Of a stretch of DNA of 64,000 nucleotides, positions 37,950 to 47,407 are shown piece after piece. Position 1 is the first letter of the stretch; every line of letters begins with the position of its first letter. The notes beneath the pieces were generated by a model. It was not told the DNA's origin and ran no database searches. It saw only the letters and a program-made list of their open reading frames with translations. Source of the DNA: Planctomycetota bacterium (GTDB lineage: Bacteria > Planctomycetota > B15-G4 > JADJEK01); assembly GCA_044225365.1 (NCBI GenBank), contig JBGAIQ010000003.1:32001-96000 (forward strand). Reading direction: 5' to 3'. Both the position numbers and the translations under genes were made by a program.

Positions 37950-39116
37950 TCAACGCTTCGGAGCCGCCTCGCTCTCGAACAGCTCATCGAGTCCGAACAG
38001 CTTGACCAGCTCCTGCTGCAGATCTCCGAAGTCCTCGGCCTTCTCGGCCACCCAGAAGGGATCCTTGAAGAGTTTCGTGATCTCGGCGTCGGTCCGCTTT
38101 CGATGGGATTGGATCCACTTTCGCTTCTGGATGAGCGGCGGCAAGTGCGTCGCGAAATCGTTGATCGCGAGGATGTCGGCGAGGCCGGCCATCCGCACGC
38201 TCGCCGACTGCAGCTTCGCCTGCCCGCGCACCTTCAGATTCGCGAAGCGACCGGTCTTCAACCCACGATTGCCGTGCATCGTGAAGTCGGCCTCGTCGAG
38301 CGAGAGCAGGTATTTCGTGCGCCGCAGCGTGAGCAGGAGCGCCGCCGGCAATGCGCGCTTCAGGTTCTCGTCGTCGTAGTTCTTGAAGATCGTGTAGAGC
38401 GGATTGCGGATCTGCAGCAGGCGAATTCGATGCACGTCGACGCGACCCGACGTCGCGGAATGATGGTGGTAGCAGATCGACGAGGGCACGTAGAGCACCC
38501 GCTCTCCGATCACCCACAGTCGCCAGCCGAGATCGACGTCTTCGTAGTACGCGAAGTAGTCGTTGTCGAACCCGCCGCATTCGAGATGCAGCTTGCGATC
38601 GATCGCCATCGCTCCGCCGCAGGCGAAGAGCGTCTCGCATGGATCCTGATACTTCGCGACGTCGGCGTCGTTCATCCCGACCTGACAGCCGATGCCGTAG
38701 AAGTTCATTCCGCCACCGGCGTAGTTCACGACCTTCCCGTCCCATGACAGGATGAGCGAACCGGTACAGCGCGCCTTGCCATCGACGATCGGTCGCACGA
38801 GTTCCGTGAGCCAAGTGGGCTCGACACGCATGTCGTTGTTGAGGAACGAGACGATCGGTGCGCGACTCGCATCGGCGCCCTGATTGCATGCCGGCGCGAA
38901 GCCCGTGTTCTCCGCGTTCTGAACGATTTTGACTCGCGGGTACTTCTTCCTCGTGTAATCGACCGAACCATCCACCGAGCCGTTGTCGACGAGGACGATC
39001 TCGACCTCGCCGGGATAGGCGAGTCGATTGAGCGACTCGAAGCAGCCATCGAGGTGGTGCTTTCCGTTCCAGTTCGGGATGACGACCGCGGCGTCGGGGA
39101 GGCTGTTCTTCATCAT
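37950..39116 (-). CDS. GT2 glycosyltransferase
   Basis: VIPNWNG, VDNGSVDGS, FLNNDM, YYEDVDLGWRL. Confidence 0.92.
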   Translation of the reverse strand: MMKNSLPDAAVVIPNWNGKHHLDGCFESLNRLAYPGEVEIVLVDNGSVDGSVDYTRKKYPRVKIVQNAENTGFAPACNQGADASRAPIVSFLNNDMRVEPTWLTELVRPIVDGKARCTGSLILSWDGKVVNYAGGGMNFYGIGCQVGMNDADVAKYQDPCETLFACGGAMAIDRKLHLECGGFDNDYFAYYEDVDLGWRLWVIGERVLYVPSSICYHHHSATSGRVDVHRIRLLQIRNPLYTIFKNYDDENLKRALPAALLLTLRRTKYLLSLDEADFTMHGNRGLKTGRFANLKVRGQAKLQSASVRMAGLADILAINDFATHLPPLIQKRKWIQSHRKRTDAEITKLFKDPFWVAEKAEDFGDLQQELVKLFGLDELFESEAAPKR

Positions 39117-39132
39117 GTTCGTTCCTCGCCCC

Positions 39133-41868
39133 TCATCCCGAGCCACCGTCACGCCGCGGGGCGTTGGTGCGTTCGATCGCGATATCGGAGAATCGCAGAT
39201 GATAGGCGCCGCCTCCCGGTCCCGAGATGCGACTCCTCACCGCGATTCGATTGCGACCCTTCTTGAGGGTCACCGGTGCGTAGTGCTCGTCGCAACGAGC
39301 TTCGGTGCTTCCGGGAGTCGGCGGGATTCGCAGAACCGTCGCACCGTTCACGACGACCTCGCCGCCGAGCACGACTTCGTTCTCGCCGCGGAAGTGCTGG
39401 GTCCGGAATCGCAGGTCGGCCCGAATCGCCTCGCCGGTCTCGAACTCGTAGAGAACGCTCCCGCCGCTCCGGTGGCCGTTGGAACCCGGGCGAATGAGGA
39501 CGACGTCCTCACCCTGTTTCTCGACGGGGCCTCGACTCGCCTGGAACGCGTTCGCTCGCAAGTGCCACAGGTCCTTGTGCGCGAGGTGCAAGCCGATCGC
39601 CTGGCGATACTTGATCTCCATCTCCGCTGCATTCTCGTCTACGGTCTTCACGGCTGGGGCCCGCGCCGCGATCTTCCCCGCGAGTGACTCGTCGGCGAGG
39701 AATCGTTCCATGACGGACGCGAGATGGATCGAATCGCCGGGTCGGAAGCGCATGCCGCCTGCGCCGTCGGTGACGAGGTCCCGCATGCCGCCAAGGTCGG
39801 AGACCAAGACCGGTATTCCGGCCTGGAACGCCTCGTGGATCGCGAGCGGTGAGTTCTCGTACCAGATCGACGGCACCACGAGGACGTCGATCGCCCCGAG
39901 CACCTCGCCGAGCCGTTTCGGATCGTACTTGCCGTGGAACGTGAGGCCGCCGCGCGTGACCGATCGCTCGATGCGCGCGCGAGTCTCCTTGAACTCCGGC
40001 AGGCCCTCGGTGTCGCCGTAGATATGGAGCTCGGCCCGCGGGTCCGTGATTCTCTGGAACGCGTTCGCGAGCGTCTCGAGGCCCTTGTACCAGACGAGCG
40101 AACCGATGAACCCGAAGCGCACTTCGTCGCCCTTCTTCGGCAGGCGGCGGTAGCTCTCGAGCCAGCCCGTCTCCATGCCGTAGTCGGAGACGATGAGCCG
40201 CTCCTTCGGGATGCCGGCCTCGATCATCTTCTGCTTCAGGAACGGAGATGGCGCGATGATGAAGTCCGCCGAGAGGAGTTCCTCGTTCATCGTCGCCGCG
40301 CGCTTCACCACGTTCGAGACGTCGGACGCGAGCTTCCGGAACCACTTCGGGTTCTTCTTCACGAGCGCGACGTAGCGGTTCGCGAGCGAGGTGAGCCACG
40401 ACCGGAACGGGCGCGACACCGCTCGCGCCCAGCCGATGTGCTGCGGCTTGTCGGCGACGCACGCGGCGCATCCAAGGATCGGCGGCTTGCCGGAGCACAG
40501 CTTCTGATCCGGACGGATGAGCTGCACACGCGGGCAACGCATCCAGAAATCGTTGAGCGTGACGATCGTCCCGATGCCCATCTCGCGGCAGATCCGCGGG
40601 AGGGTGGCCGAGAGATGGATCATGTGCTCGAAGTGCACGACGTCCGGCTTCTCGCGAGCGAGGACTTCACGGAATCGCGACTCGACGAAGGGGTTGGCGT
40701 ACGTCTCTTCGATACTGCGGAATTGGAAGTGGTTCGCGATCTGGATCACTCGCAGGCCGTCGTAGGACGAATCGCGCAGCGAGTAGTTCGGCAACGTCGA
40801 ATCGCCGGTGCGGTGCATCACGACGACTTCGTGTCCGCGGCGAGCGAGCGCCTTCGCGAGCGAGAGAGTGAGCACCTCGGTGCCGGCGTACGTCTCGGGC
40901 GGAAATCCGTGGACGACGAACAGGATCTTGTGCTTCGTGCTGTTGACCGCTCGCGGCGCCAGCAGACGGTCCTTGGTCCGACTGCCCTCGACGAATCCCT
41001 GGAACTCGAGGAAGTGATACCAGTAGCTGAGCAGCGAGAGCTTCCAGCGCTTCCACCGCGAGACACCTTGCTCGCGAAGGAAGTGCCGATCGGACTTCGC
41101 GACCCGTTCGGTCATGATGAAGACGTCGCGCTGGCGGCGGATGCAGATGCGATCGAGATACGCTCGATTCAACCAGGCATCGATTCGAGTCCGCTTGCGC
41201 AATGTGCTGGCGTCGTACTCGTGCGAGTGCACGACCGGCGAGTCCGGATCGAACACGATCTTGTAGCCGGCTTCGACCGCCGACTTCGCCCACAGGAGAT
41301 CTTCGCCGAACTGGACGCGGGCGTAAGGCAATCGCTCCCATACCGAGCGTCGCATTGCGGACGCCACGTCGTTGTAGTTGATGAAGATCCGCCGCTCGAG
41401 CGAGTCCATGGCGAGGTACTTCGCGACGTCCTGGATCTGACTCTCCGTTCGATACTCGGAGAAGCACAGGTCTCCGTGCACGCCTTTGAGGACGAGGAGA
41501 CCGGCCGTCGGACGAGGCACGATGCGGCAGGTCACGCCCGCGACGGACGGATCGCTGAAGTTCCGGATGAGTCGGCGCAGCCAATCGCGACGGAGCGGAT
41601 ACGCGTCCTGGACGAGGAACACGATGAAGTCACCGTCGGTGAGCATCGCGCCGAGATTGCGTGTGTCGCCGTGATCGAACTCGCTCTGCCGGATCGTGAC
41701 GAGCCGCACGGGGAATCCGCGCACGATCTCCCGGGTGCGATCGCTCGACGACGAATCGATGACGAGCACTTCGACTTCGAAGTCGACGTGCTGTGCGAAG
41801 ACACCGCGGAGGCACTCTCCGACTTCGTCCTCGCCCTGCCAGGTCGGGATGACGATCGAGACTTTCAA
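39133..41868 (-). CDS. Bifunctional GT2 (rhamnosyltransferase-like)-GT4 fusion with C-terminal beta-sandwich
   Basis: IDSSSSD, FDHGDTRN, VQDAYP; then VHGFPP..AGTE, Cys4 insert, VPSIWYENSPL; C-terminal VVVNG..VTLKKGRNRI. Confidence 0.92.
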   Translation of the reverse strand: MKVSIVIPTWQGEDEVGECLRGVFAQHVDFEVEVLVIDSSSSDRTREIVRGFPVRLVTIRQSEFDHGDTRNLGAMLTDGDFIVFLVQDAYPLRRDWLRRLIRNFSDPSVAGVTCRIVPRPTAGLLVLKGVHGDLCFSEYRTESQIQDVAKYLAMDSLERRIFINYNDVASAMRRSVWERLPYARVQFGEDLLWAKSAVEAGYKIVFDPDSPVVHSHEYDASTLRKRTRIDAWLNRAYLDRICIRRQRDVFIMTERVAKSDRHFLREQGVSRWKRWKLSLLSYWYHFLEFQGFVEGSRTKDRLLAPRAVNSTKHKILFVVHGFPPETYAGTEVLTLSLAKALARRGHEVVVMHRTGDSTLPNYSLRDSSYDGLRVIQIANHFQFRSIEETYANPFVESRFREVLAREKPDVVHFEHMIHLSATLPRICREMGIGTIVTLNDFWMRCPRVQLIRPDQKLCSGKPPILGCAACVADKPQHIGWARAVSRPFRSWLTSLANRYVALVKKNPKWFRKLASDVSNVVKRAATMNEELLSADFIIAPSPFLKQKMIEAGIPKERLIVSDYGMETGWLESYRRLPKKGDEVRFGFIGSLVWYKGLETLANAFQRITDPRAELHIYGDTEGLPEFKETRARIERSVTRGGLTFHGKYDPKRLGEVLGAIDVLVVPSIWYENSPLAIHEAFQAGIPVLVSDLGGMRDLVTDGAGGMRFRPGDSIHLASVMERFLADESLAGKIAARAPAVKTVDENAAEMEIKYRQAIGLHLAHKDLWHLRANAFQASRGPVEKQGEDVVLIRPGSNGHRSGGSVLYEFETGEAIRADLRFRTQHFRGENEVVLGGEVVVNGATVLRIPPTPGSTEARCDEHYAPVTLKKGRNRIAVRSRISGPGGGAYHLRFSDIAIERTNAPRRDGGSG

Positions 41869-42767
41869 GGCGCTTCAGCTCCGAAGCTTCCCCACCATTG
41901 TCCCAACGTCTGCCAGGCGCGCAGCCACGGTGACCGGATCCGGTCGAGAAGCGTGCCGCCGCCATTCGAGGCGCGGAGGTATCGATAGTCCTCGAGGACT
42001 TCGTACAGGGCGCCGCGCAAGAAAGAGAACAAGTTCGGCCGGACCGCGATCCCGTACTCTCGCCCCACATGGCGCGCGTCGTCGCGGTAACGGCGGAACG
42101 CCGCGAGCGCGGAATACTCGTGCGAGTGATGGACGACCGAACGCGGCTCGAAGCGAATGCGCCAGCCGGCCGCGAGGACCTTGGCCGCGAATGCCGCATC
42201 CTCGCCCATCATCGTCCGTGGGAACGGAAACGTGAGCAGGCACTCCCGTCGGATGAGCGACGCGACGTCGTCGAGCACGAGCAGCGCTCGCCGTTCGCGT
42301 GCGGGAAGCTCCAGGAACGGAGTCTTCGAGCATTCGATGCACCGCGGTTCGCTCGACGCCATTCCCGACGCGAGGACCGTGCGCCGCGCGAGCGCCGACG
42401 CGCCATCGCGAGGGAGAATACGCGCGGAGACGGCGGCGGTCCGATCGTCGTCCATCGCAGAAACGAGAGGGTCGAGGTAATCGCGTTCCGGCAGTGCGTC
42501 CTGGGACAGGAAAGCCACGAAGCGGGTGTTTGCGAGCTCGGCCATCCTCTGGCGCGTCGCACCGTGATCGAACTCGGCGCGAGGGATGACGTGGACCGAG
42601 AACCCTGCCGCGCGGGCGCGCTCGGCGCTCGCGTCATCGGAAGACGAATCGATCGCGATCTTCGCCGCCGGCGCGGGATCGAGCTCGGCGCAGCGTTGGA
42701 GCAACTCGTCGAGCAGCTCGCCGCCGTTCCAAGTCGGTACCGCCAGGGTGACGTCCACGATCCTCAT
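41865..42767 (-). CDS. GT2 glycosyltransferase (rhamnosyltransferase-like)
   Basis: VPTWNG, IDSSSDD, FDHGATRQ, LSQDALP, GEDAAFA, HSHEY; paralog of the N-terminal domain of the downstream fusion. Confidence 0.9.
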   Translation of the reverse strand: MRIVDVTLAVPTWNGGELLDELLQRCAELDPAPAAKIAIDSSSDDASAERARAAGFSVHVIPRAEFDHGATRQRMAELANTRFVAFLSQDALPERDYLDPLVSAMDDDRTAAVSARILPRDGASALARRTVLASGMASSEPRCIECSKTPFLELPARERRALLVLDDVASLIRRECLLTFPFPRTMMGEDAAFAAKVLAAGWRIRFEPRSVVHHSHEYSALAAFRRYRDDARHVGREYGIAVRPNLFSFLRGALYEVLEDYRYLRASNGGGTLLDRIRSPWLRAWQTLGQWWGSFGAEAP

Positions 42768-42824
42768 CTCGTCTGCACCGTTCGAAATCTCTCTTGCTCG
42801 CCCATCACGCGCCGGAACACCGCG

Positions 42825-43310
42825 TCACGTGTCGCTCAGTTCCTTCGGAACCGGATTGCGGCCGATCAAGCGACAGAACCCGTTCTTGATGCTGCGCAGG
42901 AATCTGCGATGCGGGCTGTACCACAGGCGATGCAGGTAGTCCTCGAGCCGTTTGATATGTCGCATCTTCAATGCCTCCTCGCGTTCGAGGTCGTCGATGC
43001 GGCGCCGCAGATCGAGTTCGACTTCCTTGCGGCCGGCGAGGTCTTCCTTCAGTTGGGCGATCTTCTTCAGGGCTTCGTCGAGGAGCTTCGGCGTCTCCTC
43101 GATCGACTTCAATTGCTTCTCGACGTGGGCGACCTGATCGCGCTGGGCGCGAATGACCTCGACCTGGTGATAGAGCTGCCCCATCAGGTGGTCGCTGTGA
43201 CGCTCGAGCACATGGACCTTTTCGATCAAACGCGCCTTCACGACGGCATCCTCGTTCGCATTCTCGGACGAACCCTTCGTCGCGGGTGGTGTGTCGTTGC
43301 GTTCCATCAT
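42825..43310 (-). CDS. Stand-alone coiled-coil protein with C-terminal amphipathic basic helix
   Basis: ATGA overlap with the upstream GT4; heptad-rich E/K/L/R sequence; tail RLWYSPHRRFLRSIKNGFCRLIGR. Confidence 0.8.
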   Translation of the reverse strand: MMERNDTPPATKGSSENANEDAVVKARLIEKVHVLERHSDHLMGQLYHQVEVIRAQRDQVAHVEKQLKSIEETPKLLDEALKKIAQLKEDLAGRKEVELDLRRRIDDLEREEALKMRHIKRLEDYLHRLWYSPHRRFLRSIKNGFCRLIGRNPVPKELSDT

Positions 43311-44677
43311 CTCCGTACCCCTTCGATTGCGTGTCGATGCGGCGCGGCCAGTCCCTCGTACATCCGTTCGAAGTATCTCGCGTTGTCCAGCAATGTGCGA
43401 ACGGAGGCGAACCGACCCGACATCCGAGCGACTTGCGCCCGGTCGTCGACGAGTTCCTGCATGACCCGCGCGAGGTCGTCGGCATTGCTCGGTTCGAAGA
43501 GCCGCCCCTCCTCGTGGTCGCGAACGATCTCGGCGATTCCATCGACCGCGGACGCCACGATCGGCACTCCCGCCGCCCGGCCCTCGAGCACGACGAACGG
43601 CGTGTTCTCGCTCCACAAGGAGGGCACGACGAGCACGTCGATGTCGCGCAGAGCGGTCGCGACGTGTTCGGGCCGCATGCGTCCGCGGATCCGCACGCGC
43701 GGGTCCTGCCGCGCCGCCACGAAGCAATCGTTCGAGTAGATCGGGAAGGGCATCGGATCGCCGTAGATGTCGAGCGAGCAGTCACCCTTCACCTTCAGGA
43801 ACGAGTCGACGAGGACGTGAAGGCCCTTCGGGCGATTGATGCTGCCGATGAAGCCGAACCTCAGCGTCGGCGAGCTGCCCTTGTCGAAAGCGTACGACGG
43901 CATCGGGTCGACGCCGTACGGCACTACGTCGAATCGGCCCTGTGGATAACCCGCTTTCACGAATCGATCGCGTACGGTCTTCGAGGGCGAGACGATCCGG
44001 TCGGCGTGGAGCAGGATCTGCTGCATGAACGCAGGACGGATCGCGAGCGATGCGAGCTGGGAGTAGGGACTCGACGACGCGAACCGCAACCCGTTGCCGA
44101 GCGTCGCGAACTCCGACCGTATCGGGACGAATCCCTCGCCGCGCGTGAATGCGAGCAGCTTGTCGAAGTCGACATCGCCAACGGAGAGACACTCGAGACA
44201 CGGGAACGCGTCGGGTCCGTCGCACTGCTCGAGCGTCCGCGTCTTCAGGAGTTGGGCCGTCGGACAGAGGAACCAGAAGTCCATCAGGTTGACGACGGTC
44301 GGGATCTCCCGCAGGAACGCTTCCTCGATCGTCGTGACGCCGAGGAACGCCGTATGAAAGATGTGTACGACGTCCGGCCGGACCTGGTCGAGGTAGGTGC
44401 CGAACGCCTTCCCGAGGAAGACGTTGTAGAACTTCGAAAGCGCGAAGTTGGGTTGCAGTCCGGGCCACGCCCACACTCGCGTCACCGGGACTCCGTCGTC
44501 GACGGTCTCCTCGCGCCGTACCAGCTGATCGCTGCCGTTGTAGCTCGGCTCGAACGTGAAGATGCGAACGTCGTGACCGAACGCCCCGCGCAGTCGCAGA
44601 GCTAGGCGCTTGGCGTACAGCTCCGTGCCCGTCGTGTAGTTCGGAGGGTATTGGTGCGTGACGAAGACGATCCTCAT
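43307..44677 (-). CDS. GT4 glycosyltransferase (Cys4 insert)
   Basis: MRIVFVTHQYPP..TGTE, GFIGSINRPKG, VPSLWSENTP. Confidence 0.92.
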   Translation of the reverse strand: MRIVFVTHQYPPNYTTGTELYAKRLALRLRGAFGHDVRIFTFEPSYNGSDQLVRREETVDDGVPVTRVWAWPGLQPNFALSKFYNVFLGKAFGTYLDQVRPDVVHIFHTAFLGVTTIEEAFLREIPTVVNLMDFWFLCPTAQLLKTRTLEQCDGPDAFPCLECLSVGDVDFDKLLAFTRGEGFVPIRSEFATLGNGLRFASSSPYSQLASLAIRPAFMQQILLHADRIVSPSKTVRDRFVKAGYPQGRFDVVPYGVDPMPSYAFDKGSSPTLRFGFIGSINRPKGLHVLVDSFLKVKGDCSLDIYGDPMPFPIYSNDCFVAARQDPRVRIRGRMRPEHVATALRDIDVLVVPSLWSENTPFVVLEGRAAGVPIVASAVDGIAEIVRDHEEGRLFEPSNADDLARVMQELVDDRAQVARMSGRFASVRTLLDNARYFERMYEGLAAPHRHAIEGVRR

Positions 44678-46002
44678 CGCGCCCCTCCAGCGTTCTCGAG
44701 CGCGCGATAGATCGACGCGAGCTCGGCCGCGTTGTCCTCCACGGTGCGAACGTGCTTCTTCGAGGTCGCAAGGCGCAGACGCAATGCGGCATCGTCTTGA
44801 ACGAGATTCATCTTGGCGGCGAGATCCACGACATCTCCAGGACGAAACGGCAGCGCCTCGTCACCGCGTACCATACCCTCTCGCATCGCGCCATGATCGG
44901 CGACGATCACGGGAACACCCGCGAGAAAGCCCTCGCGAAGGGTCAAGCAGAAGGCTTCGAACCAGAGCGACGGAACGACGAGGGCGTCGAGGGAAGCGAG
45001 GATCGACGGAACGGCTTCGAGCCCGTAACGCCCGAGGAAGGCGATGCGCTCGAACGCCGGCCGCGCAAGTTCGCGAAGACGCGCCTCGTATCCCGTCACT
45101 TCGTGCCAGCCGAGCATCTCGCCGTGGACATGCAATCTCGCATCCTTCCGGTCGTTGCGAACGAACGCCTCGACGAGCGTATGAACGCCCTTCGTCGGCA
45201 GGACCGATCCGATGTACCCGAACGTGAACGGACGATCCGCACCACGCGCAGAGGTCCCAGAGCCGCTCGCTCCGTTCGTTCGATCGAACGGTCGATGATC
45301 GAGTCCGTTCTCCACGACCCGTATCCTTTCGACCGGAACCCCCTGTCGACCAAAGATCTGCCGCGATGACTCGCTCGGGGTGATCAATCGATCGACGCGC
45401 AAGAGGACTCCCCGCATCCACTCGTGGTAGGAGCGCATCTGGGCGAGATCGTTCCGCGCACGTTCCGCGATGGGCACCGTGGGTCCATCGCGGCCCTCTC
45501 CGAACCATCCGCTCCACATCTTCGTGAGGCACGGGACGCAACGATTCAGGTCGATGTCGGCGCAGAGTTCGAGGTCCGGCGTCATCCGCTGTCCGCGGGG
45601 GCAGCCCATCCAGAAATCGTGGAGCGTCATCGCGACCGGGATCCCGCGTTCCTTCGCGGCGTCGACGAGATCGGTCGAGAGACAGGTCAGATGATGCACG
45701 TGGACGACGCTCGGTCGCCACTCCTCGAGTACCGCCGCGAATCGCGCGCGAATGTTCGGGTTCCGCACGATCCACGAGAAGTCCCGGCAGTCGGAGAACT
45801 TGTAGTCGAGTCGGAAGACCGGCACCCCGTCGTGAGTCGTCCGCTCGAGGGAGAATTCCTCGCGCGCCGGATCGGCTCCGCGGGTGAAGACCGCGACCTC
45901 GTGCCCCGCCGCCTGAAGCGCACGCGCGATCCCACGCACGTGCAGCTCGACGCCGCCGATGCTCTGCGGAAGATAGGCGGCCGTGACGAAGAGGATGCGC
46001 AA
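44674..46002 (-). CDS. GT4 glycosyltransferase (Cys4 insert)
   Basis: RILFVTAAYLP..GGVE, GYIGSVLPTKG, VPSLWFEAF. Confidence 0.92.
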   Translation of the reverse strand: MRILFVTAAYLPQSIGGVELHVRGIARALQAAGHEVAVFTRGADPAREEFSLERTTHDGVPVFRLDYKFSDCRDFSWIVRNPNIRARFAAVLEEWRPSVVHVHHLTCLSTDLVDAAKERGIPVAMTLHDFWMGCPRGQRMTPDLELCADIDLNRCVPCLTKMWSGWFGEGRDGPTVPIAERARNDLAQMRSYHEWMRGVLLRVDRLITPSESSRQIFGRQGVPVERIRVVENGLDHRPFDRTNGASGSGTSARGADRPFTFGYIGSVLPTKGVHTLVEAFVRNDRKDARLHVHGEMLGWHEVTGYEARLRELARPAFERIAFLGRYGLEAVPSILASLDALVVPSLWFEAFCLTLREGFLAGVPVIVADHGAMREGMVRGDEALPFRPGDVVDLAAKMNLVQDDAALRLRLATSKKHVRTVEDNAAELASIYRALENAGGAR

Positions 46003-46095
46003 GAGTCGTCCCGAGGTCGTGTCTTGGACCCGGCAGTATAACTCGAAGACGGGCCGCGAGGGCGGCTTCGCGGCGGCGGGACGCGAATCTCGCGT

Positions 46096-47385
46096 TCAAA
46101 CGGCCCGGACGAGCGATTCGAAGAGGCTCTCCAAGGCCGCCGCATCGGACGCGATCGTCTTCACGGTCGGGATCGTCGCGACGAGTCGCGCGAGTTCCGT
46201 GCGGTCCCCTGCGAGTCGCGCGAGCACGGCGGCGAGCGACGCCGGGTTCCTCCGCTCGAAGGTCAGGCCGCCGCCCTCGGCGATCCGCTCCGCCATGCCC
46301 CCGAGCGCGGTCGCCACGACGGGCACGCCGCACTGCCACGCCTCGTGCATCGTGAGCGGCGAGTTCTCGTACCAGATCGAGGGCACGACGAGCACATCGA
46401 TCTCCGCGAGGAAAGCTCCCGCATCCTCGGGGGCGATCGCGCCTTCGAAGGCGATTCCGGGCACGATCTTCGCTCGCTCGAGCAGCGGGCGCGTGAACTC
46501 GGGGAACCAGCTCGGCTCGCCCTTGATGCGGAGGGTCGCCGTGCGAGCCGGCAGGCGGCAGAACGCTTCGACGAGGACGTCGACGCCCTTGTAGTCCGAG
46601 AGGGTCCCGAGATACCCGACCCGCAATGGCTCCCCCGCCGCTCGCTCGATTCGCCGCGTAGGCCGCGGTTCGACGAATCCGTAGTCGGAGACCAGGACTC
46701 GGTCCTCCGGCAATCCCTCCGCGATGAGCCGGCGGGCGAGAAAGCCCGAGGGAGCGATGAACTTGGCGATCGGACGCACGCCGTCGAACATGCGGCGCAG
46801 CCGCACTCGCGCCGCGCGTTCGAAGAACCGCAGCGGATCGGGCGGGATGCAGCCGCCGCCCTGGCCGGGCGGATCGGGGTAGCGCGAGCGCTCGATCGGG
46901 TAGGGCGCGAGGCAGCGCGCGCACTCGCGGAACGGAATCGATTCGCAGAGATGTCCCGTCGTGTCGAGGAGCAGCCCCGAGCGAGGACAGGCGAGGAAGT
47001 ATTCGTGCAGCGTCATCGCGATCGGGATCTGGCGCGCCGCGGCGGCGCGGACGAGCGAGAGGCCGAGGTAGACCAGCGACTGCACGTGGAGGACGTCGGG
47101 ACGAACCTCGTCGAGAACTTCGCCGATCGGCGCTTCCATCCGAGGATCGTCGTAGAGATCCTCGATATCATGGAAGTGGCGGTTGTAGACGATCTCGTGG
47201 AACGGCAGTCCGTCGTAGGTGCCGCGCGAGCGCGTGAACTGCTCCTGCTCGAGTCGCTTCTCGGTGAAGAGGACCGTCACGGCGTGGCCGCGGGCGGCGA
47301 GCGCCTTGCTCAGGTGGTAGGTGTAGATCTCCGAGCCGGCGCGATGGTCGGGCAGGAAGTCGTGGATCGCTTCGAGGATGCGCAA
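46096..47385 (-). CDS. GT4 glycosyltransferase (Cys4 insert)
   Basis: RILEAIHDFLP..AGSE, GYLGTLSDYKG, VPSIWYENSPL. Confidence 0.92.
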   Translation of the reverse strand: MRILEAIHDFLPDHRAGSEIYTYHLSKALAARGHAVTVLFTEKRLEQEQFTRSRGTYDGLPFHEIVYNRHFHDIEDLYDDPRMEAPIGEVLDEVRPDVLHVQSLVYLGLSLVRAAAARQIPIAMTLHEYFLACPRSGLLLDTTGHLCESIPFRECARCLAPYPIERSRYPDPPGQGGGCIPPDPLRFFERAARVRLRRMFDGVRPIAKFIAPSGFLARRLIAEGLPEDRVLVSDYGFVEPRPTRRIERAAGEPLRVGYLGTLSDYKGVDVLVEAFCRLPARTATLRIKGEPSWFPEFTRPLLERAKIVPGIAFEGAIAPEDAGAFLAEIDVLVVPSIWYENSPLTMHEAWQCGVPVVATALGGMAERIAEGGGLTFERRNPASLAAVLARLAGDRTELARLVATIPTVKTIASDAAALESLFESLVRAV

Positions 47386-47407
47386 GGTGGCGGCGCTTGA
47401 TCTTCAG

